Sequence record: PV764938.1 | Length of the DNA: 64,000 bases | Strand: one strand, 5' to 3' | Part shown: one piece after another, positions 1 through 7,131 of the stretch | Layout: each line of letters starts with the position of its first letter | Position numbering within the stretch: the first letter of the stretch is position 1 | Notes under the pieces: model-generated | Database searches by the model: none | What the model saw: the letters and a program-made list of their open reading frames with translations, nothing else | What the model was told of the DNA's origin: nothing | Position numbers and translations under genes: made by a program

Positions 1-191
1 TCGGACATGAGTCCGACTTCACCACCATATAGATCAAGTGCGGTGATCAGTTGAAACTCGTTGAGTTCCTTTAGTCGAGTATCCAAGATATCCAAGCGAA
101 TACTCTTGGGATCACCAAGCTGCTCGTTGGTCAGATAGCAGAAGCTGCAACGGAAGTTACAGAAGTACGTGGGGTTCAAGCTTACTTTCAT
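1..191 (-). CDS. Radical SAM protein, N-terminal part (runs off the window edge)
   Basis: Not in the ORF track. Manual translation from ATG at 191: MKVSLNPTYFCNFRCSFCYLTNEQLGDPKSIRLDILDTRLKELNEFQLITALDLYGGEVGLMS. It has a CxxxCxxC motif and a GGE motif, and an ATGA overlap with the upstream stop. Confidence 0.9.
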   Translation of the reverse strand, partial: MKVSLNPTYFCNFRCSFCYLTNEQLGDPKSIRLDILDTRLKELNEFQLITALDLYGGEVGLMS

Positions 192-1273
192 GCGAGTCCA
201 TTGACCTCCAGGATGTCCGTAGCAAGCGTTTTCATCGTCCGGCAGTGCTGGTCTACCAGATTCGCTTCCTTCAAGTCCTTGACTGTTTTACGGCATCCAT
301 TGCAAATTGCAAACATTGGACAGCTATAGCACTCGTGCTTCATGGAATCCAAATTAATATCGTCCTGCAGCGGTGTGAAAAACTCACCCTCGAGGACTTC
401 CTTTTGGAAATCGATTGGCTTGTCACGGTCATCACCGAAAGCACCGCAACTGTAATAGTCGCCACCGGGCTGAAGCGTACGAATACCTTCGTCGCACTTG
501 CGGTTTTGTGGGCAGATTGTCGGATGATCCTTGAGACGTTTGGTCATCTGCTTCGTGTTGAATTCCCAGGGCGTCAATCCGGCTTTGTGAATGTCCACGT
601 AAATCTTGTAGATCTTCGACAAGATATATGGATTGCCGGATTGTCCCATTTTATGTCCGGTGCGTGGATCCACAATGATGTCACCGGAAGCCATCGCATA
701 ATTGAGTTTACACTCGACGCCATGCTTCTGTCCGTCTTCGTCAATATAGGCGGGTTTGCCGTCGGACATTTCGCGAGCCAGCTCAACGTTCTTGATCGCA
801 AGGTGTTCGTTCTCGTCGGTCACCACGCTGATAAAGTCGGGACGATATCCAACATGCTCAAGCATTGCGTTGGAGACTTCCCATAGATCTTGCTCCGTGA
901 ACAGTGACAAGTCGCCCTTGACACGTCCGGGACCGTAATTGAAGCTAGTTGCGACACCCATACGTGGATGTTGAAACAGCTTGGTCCACTTCTTCGGGTT
1001 TTTCAAGAACGGCCACAAATTGCTTGTGAAGCTGATGCTTGCACGATACTCGTGTTTGTCTAGGTGATCGATGAGTTGCCAGTAATACTGGGGCGGAACC
1101 ATCAGAGGATCACCGCCGTTTACGATGATCGTACTCGTATGAGGGAACCGTTTGAGGAACTGATAAATGCGCTCAAGATCCAACGTCTGCGCGGAATGAG
1201 CAGCGATTTTTGTGCTAGAGCAGAACGTGCATTTGAAATTGCAGAGCTCAGTGGGTTTAATAATCAGGTCCAT
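188..1273 (-). CDS. Radical SAM/SPASM-domain protein
   Basis: CNFKCTFC, GGDP motif, C-terminal CPQNRKC..SCG..CYSCPMFAICNGC..HC. Start moved from 1438 to MDLIIKP at 1273 (GAGG upstream; avoids overlap with the neighbour). Confidence 0.92.
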   Translation of the reverse strand: MDLIIKPTELCNFKCTFCSSTKIAAHSAQTLDLERIYQFLKRFPHTSTIIVNGGDPLMVPPQYYWQLIDHLDKHEYRASISFTSNLWPFLKNPKKWTKLFQHPRMGVATSFNYGPGRVKGDLSLFTEQDLWEVSNAMLEHVGYRPDFISVVTDENEHLAIKNVELAREMSDGKPAYIDEDGQKHGVECKLNYAMASGDIIVDPRTGHKMGQSGNPYILSKIYKIYVDIHKAGLTPWEFNTKQMTKRLKDHPTICPQNRKCDEGIRTLQPGGDYYSCGAFGDDRDKPIDFQKEVLEGEFFTPLQDDINLDSMKHECYSCPMFAICNGCRKTVKDLKEANLVDQHCRTMKTLATDILEVNGLA

Positions 1274-1280
1274 TTTCGCC

Positions 1281-2189
1281 TCAGTAGGACTCGTACGTTT
1301 CCAACTTAAACATGCTCTCGATACGCAGGAGGTCATCGTAGCCGGGATAACCGGCTTCACCAATCTTCGTCTTGAGCTTTGCCACTGGGATACGGCCGCA
1401 ACAGGATAACGCATATACGGGATCAAAATCCGGATCAAGGTATTTTAGCGGGCCGATATGATCGTAGAAGTATTGAATAAGCTCGGCTTCAACTCCACCG
1501 AGATCCTGCCCGAAGGGGATCATGAATCCGCTGCCCAGCATAGTCGGAGGACCGAAACGCTTGAGCTTGACAGGCTCATAGGCGTTCTCGACTGCACCGA
1601 ATCGCAAGATATTGTGCCACGGCATATCCGCGTAAGTGAGTTCCGCATACACAGTTCCCGGTACGATATCCATCGTCGTAAACTGTAGCCACGACTCATC
1701 AAACTTGCGAGCAAAGTGCGGATCCGGCACATGGATGATTTGCCCGAAAGATGAGCCCTCGTTGCCGTTGTTGAACTCATTGTCCTGCACGTTATCCAAG
1801 AAGAACATTACGCGCTTGAGTGAGTCCATGATCGCCTTGACTTTATAGGCGCGATCGAGTGTTCCGAGTTTTCCCTCGCTCAGCAGCTTGTTGAGGTCAC
1901 GAAGCAATTTTGTTCCATGAGCCGGTTTCAGTTTACCGAAGGGCAGCTTTTGGAACTCGTGATTGATCTCTGCGAGTTGATTTCGGATCGTAGACCACAG
2001 GGAAACCGCTTGCTCTTTTGTCGAGCAGAATACCGCATCCGTCAGATGTAGCGGGTTATCCGTAGGATTGGCAATCGAATACTCAAGCATATCACGCCAA
2101 GCCACCGCCGGTGGAGTATCCAGGAATTCCCATTGTGCGGAGACCTTGCTGTTGTCTCCAGCATCGAACATCATATTCAAAATGCTCAT
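1281..2189 (-). CDS. Hypothetical protein in the radical SAM operon
   Basis: 302-aa ORF coupled by ATGA to the 116-aa ORF; no family recognised. Confidence 0.8.
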   Translation of the reverse strand: MSILNMMFDAGDNSKVSAQWEFLDTPPAVAWRDMLEYSIANPTDNPLHLTDAVFCSTKEQAVSLWSTIRNQLAEINHEFQKLPFGKLKPAHGTKLLRDLNKLLSEGKLGTLDRAYKVKAIMDSLKRVMFFLDNVQDNEFNNGNEGSSFGQIIHVPDPHFARKFDESWLQFTTMDIVPGTVYAELTYADMPWHNILRFGAVENAYEPVKLKRFGPPTMLGSGFMIPFGQDLGGVEAELIQYFYDHIGPLKYLDPDFDPVYALSCCGRIPVAKLKTKIGEAGYPGYDDLLRIESMFKLETYESY

Positions 2190-2536
2190 CGGAATCTCTC
2201 CTTCAGCTCTCGGATAAATTCCTTCTGGAAATTCTCATGGCCGGAAATATCGACGGCGGCGAAGTTCTTCACCTTGTCTCGATTGTTGAAGACGAAGGGA
2301 ATCATCTTGTCGTCCTGTACGAGCTTCAAGTAGTTCTCGGTTGTGGGAACCAACTGAATCAGGAATGCTTGGTAAAATGGAATGTTCTGTTTCTTGCGGA
2401 TAATCCCAATAACGTGTTCGTCAAAGGATTTGTGGACACCTAGGATGCACCGATCATACGGATACATCACAGTCAGTCCGTATTTGCGAATCTCGCTTGC
2501 ACATGCGTCCAAGTAGCTTGTATCGTCATCGAACAC
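2186..2536 (-). CDS. Hypothetical protein in the radical SAM operon
   Basis: 116-aa ORF overlapping both neighbours on the same strand. Confidence 0.75.
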   Translation of the reverse strand: MFDDDTSYLDACASEIRKYGLTVMYPYDRCILGVHKSFDEHVIGIIRKKQNIPFYQAFLIQLVPTTENYLKLVQDDKMIPFVFNNRDKVKNFAAVDISGHENFQKEFIRELKERFR

Positions 2537-3623
2537 TTTTCACCTCGCTGATCTTCCGGTGGACGTCCTTCATCCAACAATCGTTCATTGTTCGATTGGG
2601 GCCATTGAAATGCTGTTGCAGGAAACATCCGAGACCGCAGCGGCTAAAATATTCGCAACTCAGGCAATCCATCTTTGTGATGAACTCGCCTTCCATTTCG
2701 CCTGCCGTCTTCGGAGCAACTTCCTTCTGAAAATTATTTAAGAGAATCGTGCAACGACCAGCTTTACCATCGGGCATAATCGTGTAGGTGCTCTGACAGC
2801 TCATCGCATTGGTTTCGTTCAGCATCCATCCGGTGATCGGATGCACAAGCGGATAATTGTCGGTCAAGAACACATACATGTCACGGAGTTCATGATCCTT
2901 CGGGCTCATAAGCTCGTGATTGGCTTCCGGTGTATAATAGTCGAAATACACTTCGAAGTGTTCGTAGATATAGTCGAAATGCGGAATATTGCGGGATAGA
3001 AACTTACGAATGTTCGGCGCAGTCAACACGACGTTGACCACGCTGATGTAGTCCTTGTAGATCTCCAAGTTCTTCGCAAAAATGATCAAGTCCTTTGCGG
3101 AGAAACGCATGGATGGATCGTAGCTGGTGCCCAAAGTGGTCTTTGCACCAGTCGCATTAAGCGTGTCGATGAGCGACTTTACCGCTTGCGTGTTGAAGTG
3201 AACCAGGTTGCTAACAAATACAAACTCAACGGGATACCCCATCATATCGCAGAAATCACGGACGTCAAGAACCAACATGAGGTAGTCCACATATTGCTTC
3301 TCGGTGAATCGATCTTGGAATACTTCTCCACCCATGAAGTGAATTGAGAAGGTCTCTTTGCGCATTTTCTTCAGCAATTGGATCGCTTTGATAACATCCT
3401 GGGCTTTGCCACGGATATTATCGATGCCGACTTCGGAGTCGTGATCCTGATTGCAGAACTTACAGGACAAATTGCAATGCTCGAATAGGGTGACAATGAT
3501 TTCGCCCTGTGTGCTGCGCTTTTTGCTCAGCAGGGTGTCAGTCATTTCAACGATAGGTTTAACCGAGGGATCGATGTCATTGATACTAATGACATCGTCA
3601 CCACCGAATACGAGCTTTTCCAT
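2526..3623 (-). CDS. Radical SAM/SPASM-domain protein
   Basis: CNLSCKFC, GGE, C-terminal CQSTYTIMPDGKAGRC..CLSCEYFSRCGLGC..DC. Start moved to MEKLVF at 3623 (GGA upstream). Confidence 0.92.
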   Translation of the reverse strand: MEKLVFGGDDVISINDIDPSVKPIVEMTDTLLSKKRSTQGEIIVTLFEHCNLSCKFCNQDHDSEVGIDNIRGKAQDVIKAIQLLKKMRKETFSIHFMGGEVFQDRFTEKQYVDYLMLVLDVRDFCDMMGYPVEFVFVSNLVHFNTQAVKSLIDTLNATGAKTTLGTSYDPSMRFSAKDLIIFAKNLEIYKDYISVVNVVLTAPNIRKFLSRNIPHFDYIYEHFEVYFDYYTPEANHELMSPKDHELRDMYVFLTDNYPLVHPITGWMLNETNAMSCQSTYTIMPDGKAGRCTILLNNFQKEVAPKTAGEMEGEFITKMDCLSCEYFSRCGLGCFLQQHFNGPNRTMNDCWMKDVHRKISEVKSVR

Positions 3624-3624
3624 T

Positions 3625-4404
3625 TTATTCCTGGAACTGTTGGGCTTCGTAACGAGCTGCCTGTTCAAGCATCGCAATTGGGTCGTACTCTGCGGTACCC
3701 ATCGCGTCGAAGATCATCGGCAGCGGGTTCGTTTCCTTCATGAAGTGGAAGAACAGATTCTGTCCACCGAACATGTAATCCTCGAACTGCTTTGTGAAGT
3801 AGAAGAATCGCTGACCCGGAACACTGAAGAACAATTCCATGAACTGTGGAATATCAAACAGTTGCACGAAGTTATTGCCGACAACATGCTCATCGTCAAT
3901 GTTCTCGTACTGTTCCTTTGCGTTACCGAAAGCATCAGTGAAGCCCTGGCTTGCCTTCATCGTGTAAACGATCATGGAGTCCATAAAGATAACCCACTTG
4001 GAGACCATAATCTGGTTGTCCATGATGAACTCAATGATTTCCTCTGCATCGAGAATTGGGTTCTCGATGTTGTGATAGAAGTCATTGATGTCTTTAGCGG
4101 CCGTGAGAATAGAACCCACAGTGAGAGCCAAACTAGGGCAACCCAGAAGATTGCGGAAGCTCATGTACTCGGCGATCAGATCGAAACGTTCCTGTTTTGG
4201 AATGTCACGGCTGACTTTGAGATCGCATGGGATTTCCAAGTTGCTCAGATATACGAGCAACTGTTTTCCCTTCAACGCGCTTGTCTCATAGTCCACGATG
4301 AACGCGAGTGCTTCATCGGAGAAACTCTTCTGCAGATTCTCCATGCTGATCGGAGCAGGAGTTTCAATAAGCTGAGCTGGAGTTTTGTTAGACAAATCAA
4401 ACAT
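3625..4404 (-). CDS. Hypothetical protein in the radical SAM operon
   Basis: 259-aa ORF with AGGA RBS, between the CHxS-tail protein and a radical SAM gene. Confidence 0.85.
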   Translation of the reverse strand: MFDLSNKTPAQLIETPAPISMENLQKSFSDEALAFIVDYETSALKGKQLLVYLSNLEIPCDLKVSRDIPKQERFDLIAEYMSFRNLLGCPSLALTVGSILTAAKDINDFYHNIENPILDAEEIIEFIMDNQIMVSKWVIFMDSMIVYTMKASQGFTDAFGNAKEQYENIDDEHVVGNNFVQLFDIPQFMELFFSVPGQRFFYFTKQFEDYMFGGQNLFFHFMKETNPLPMIFDAMGTAEYDPIAMLEQAARYEAQQFQE

Positions 4405-4413
4405 GTAGGTTCC

Positions 4414-5334
4414 TTATCGACGGCTACGGCTGCTATGACACGAAGCGTGGCACGATGTGTGGCAATAATCCAAGATAATAGACGCCGTGTAGTTCTTGGA
4501 GTCAAGCCAAATGTTCTTCATACGTTCGAAAACTGTGATCAGAGTATCCGCTGCAATGACAGCACCCTTCGGGTCAGGACCACCGCCCTGGCCACCGGAG
4601 TCAATACGAGGACCACGAATCGGGTCACCTGTAATCGTCCACGAAACCGTGATATAGTCGAGTGCGCTTCGGAATGGTTCCGCAAAGTGCGTGATGCCCG
4701 ACTTCGAACCCTGCTGGGAGAATGTATACCACTGCTCGACAGTTACGAGCGTGTCACCCTTTACGGGGATTTCAACACCATCGAATGTATGCGGATACGT
4801 CTTGCTGTTGTAGTCGCGATCCGTAATTGCCATACGCTCAGTGATCGTTCCCTTACGGATCTTGGAAATAGCAGATGTGTGCATGGCAATGGCGTGTGCA
4901 ACCGAGCTCTGAATACTTGCTGCTTCTGTTCCGGGAACACCAACACCGGTACCACCATTTGTGTCCCAGAAGCTTCGCTGACCATCAACACGGTCGCCGG
5001 AGTTCTGTGGAACTTGACCGTCATCGGGAAGGTCTGACTTTGGTCCGCCTAGAACGTCAGTGAGAACAATCTTTGCGCCGCCCTTCTTGAAATAGTGCGG
5101 AACATTGTTGACGGGAATCACTTCCGAGAAACCCTGCGGAGACGGATTCTGCGAGTCCGCAATACCCAAACGGTAAACGGTCTTCAGCGGATCCGCTGCA
5201 TTGTCCTTGTGGAATTGGATAGCCGCTTCGACTTTACGGACGAACTCCAAACGGAACTTTCCGAGAATGTCGTCGTATGCGGTAGGAGAGGTTTCCTTCG
5301 CATAAACTACTGAACCTTTTGTAGGATTCGCCAT
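4414..5334 (-). CDS. Protein with C-terminal (CHxS)3-RSRR tail; candidate radical SAM substrate
   Basis: 306 aa ending YCHTSCHASCHSSRSRR; start overlaps the stop of the upstream radical SAM gene (TAATG). Substrate role is inferred. Confidence 0.8.
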   Translation of the reverse strand: MANPTKGSVVYAKETSPTAYDDILGKFRLEFVRKVEAAIQFHKDNAADPLKTVYRLGIADSQNPSPQGFSEVIPVNNVPHYFKKGGAKIVLTDVLGGPKSDLPDDGQVPQNSGDRVDGQRSFWDTNGGTGVGVPGTEAASIQSSVAHAIAMHTSAISKIRKGTITERMAITDRDYNSKTYPHTFDGVEIPVKGDTLVTVEQWYTFSQQGSKSGITHFAEPFRSALDYITVSWTITGDPIRGPRIDSGGQGGGPDPKGAVIAADTLITVFERMKNIWLDSKNYTASIILDYCHTSCHASCHSSRSRR

Positions 5335-6404
5335 TAATCTCTCTCCTGTAGAAATTTGTCAAACAGATCGTAATCGTTCACTGTTTTCAAATGTTTAATT
5401 AGGCTTTTCGGGCTTGCACACACATTGCCCTGCCAGAGCATCTGCTGACAATCGCCATTGCAGATATCAAATACTGGGCAACTATAGCAGGCCGGGTTTC
5501 TGAAACTTTCACAAGCAATCTTCTTCATACGACCAGGGTTGTAGAAGAGATCCTTGATCTCCATTGACAGCGTACCGTAGTTATTTACTGGAGCATCGTT
5601 CGGGCAACCACCAATGGAACCATCGGGATTCAGTGTGAACATTTTGGTTTCACAATTCCTGCAGAATACGCCACCGGTATAGCCGCGATTGAACTTTTCC
5701 AGGAGACCGTTCATGAACACATTCATTGGTGCCCATTCCCAAGCCTTATGCTCAACTGATTGTTCCCACATACGCAGGAACCATGCGTCCATTTCAATAT
5801 TGCTGGGGAAGATGCTGTCGTTGCCAATAGCATTCCCGTGCGGGGTGAGTCGTTCCAAGCTGATGTAGCGGACACCCAGATCAGCCGCCATACGAAGCAG
5901 CTCGATGGGTTCCTTTTGGATCGTATTCCGAGACAAGCTCACCATCAGCGTTACATCGAAACCCTCATCTACGAGAGTCTTGACGTTCTTGCGCCATAGT
6001 TCTTCTTGCTTCTCGTTCTCGAAACGAATGCCATCATCCCAAGACGTGGCAATAGTGTTGCTGAATGCTTCCTTCATGAAGCTCAGCTTTTCTTCGTCCA
6101 AGTTATAGGTCAGGTTCGTGCAAGCGGAAAACCGCATGTTCGGGAACAGATCCTTTGTGGCTTCCCAGACCTTGCGCATATGGCTAACTGGAGCCAAGAA
6201 CGGCTCACCACCGTGGAACTCTACAGTGACATGTTGGAGCAAGGGCTGTGCTTGCTTCAAACGTTTGAACCAATCGATTGTATGAGTCGGGTTGAAGTAA
6301 ATCTTACGACCCAAACGACCACTCGTGAAACAATGATCGCAATTGAGCTGGCACGTTTCCGTAGTCTTCAGGTATATGTGGAGTTGCTTGAGCATGTTAT
6401 CCAA
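5334..6404 (-). CDS. Radical SAM/SPASM-domain protein
   Basis: CQLNCDHC, HGGEP, C-terminal CRNCETKMFTLNPDGSIGGC..CYSCPVFDICNGDC..VC. Confidence 0.93.
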   Translation of the reverse strand: MDNMLKQLHIYLKTTETCQLNCDHCFTSGRLGRKIYFNPTHTIDWFKRLKQAQPLLQHVTVEFHGGEPFLAPVSHMRKVWEATKDLFPNMRFSACTNLTYNLDEEKLSFMKEAFSNTIATSWDDGIRFENEKQEELWRKNVKTLVDEGFDVTLMVSLSRNTIQKEPIELLRMAADLGVRYISLERLTPHGNAIGNDSIFPSNIEMDAWFLRMWEQSVEHKAWEWAPMNVFMNGLLEKFNRGYTGGVFCRNCETKMFTLNPDGSIGGCPNDAPVNNYGTLSMEIKDLFYNPGRMKKIACESFRNPACYSCPVFDICNGDCQQMLWQGNVCASPKSLIKHLKTVNDYDLFDKFLQERD

Positions 6405-7014
6405 TCAGTGAGGGCTGATCTGCCCACAGCATTTGAGTCTTGACACGTGGCTTGATCGAGCCAGTACCGAAACTGATCATTACGGAATCTTCGACGTTGG
6501 TTGCACAATGTTTCAAACCCTCGGGCATGAACAGCCAATCGCCATCTTCTAGTGTGTAGGTTCCGGATTCAGTCTCCATCGTTTTGGTGCCGGAGACCAT
6601 GTAACACATGACATGACCTTCATCCTTGTGCCATCCAAAAGAACCTTGATTTTCAAAGCCAATGAATAGGTGACCGTTTACGGTCTTACCAACGCCGGCT
6701 TCAAGATCCGCTACAAGATCCACAAGCTCCTGGTTGTATGTTTCCATGTCCTCAACCTTAATTGGCCAGCCATGGTATTGGGCGATTCCCAGCATATCGA
6801 ACTTGTTTTTGATGCCTGGGAAGTCAGCGATGCAATCGGTTTGCCAGAAGGTTCCATCCGAAAACAGCTTGATGATATAGGTTTCACCACTCTCGAGAGT
6901 TGCCATGTTCGAGGCAATTGCAAGCGGGTTCTCCGGGAGATTCAGCTCGACCGGGTGATGAAAGTGGAATGCTTCAAACTTCTCGAAGCGTTCGAACTCA
7001 AATGGAAGTGCCAT
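6397..7014 (-). CDS. JmjC/cupin-like Fe(II)/2OG oxygenase
   Basis: GSFGWHKDE (HxD), GTKT, LEDGDWLFMPEGLKHCA (distal His), typical of the cupin_4/JmjC double-stranded beta-helix. Confidence 0.8.
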   Translation of the reverse strand: MALPFEFERFEKFEAFHFHHPVELNLPENPLAIASNMATLESGETYIIKLFSDGTFWQTDCIADFPGIKNKFDMLGIAQYHGWPIKVEDMETYNQELVDLVADLEAGVGKTVNGHLFIGFENQGSFGWHKDEGHVMCYMVSGTKTMETESGTYTLEDGDWLFMPEGLKHCATNVEDSVMISFGTGSIKPRVKTQMLWADQPSLIG

Positions 7015-7041
7015 TGCCTTGTCCTTTATGAAACCGTTCCT

Positions 7042-7071
7042 ACACTACGTGGTGCGACACGGACAAATCAA
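7042..7071 (-). promoter_or_regulatory. Sigma70-like promoter for the radical SAM operon
   Basis: TTGATT-18-TAGTGT on the minus strand, 27 nt upstream of the JmjC start and downstream of a terminator. Confidence 0.45.
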
Positions 7072-7084
7072 TATTCTTGCGACT

Positions 7085-7108
7085 AAAAAGGGCCCCTTGC
7101 GGAGCCCT
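7085..7108 (-). terminator. Intrinsic terminator after the tail fibre gene
   Basis: AGGGCTCC-GCAA-GGGGCCCT followed by a T run on the minus strand. Confidence 0.85.
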
Positions 7109-7131
7109 CTTTGTGTTAGTTTTGTGGGCGC

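Noticed and set aside
3451-5037. 528-aa + strand ORF, and similar long antisense ORFs (11472-12797, 23757-25457, 22383-23330, 53181-54197)
   Set aside because: They are in-register shadows of real minus- or plus-strand genes caused by codon bias; no RBS or motifs, and the opposite strand has clear homology.
1-6404. Radical SAM genes as queuosine/7-deazaguanine (QueE) or anaerobic RNR activase
   Set aside because: They lack the QueE Cx14CxxC/short architecture and carry SPASM-like C-termini; no queC/queD/folE or nrdD in the operon.
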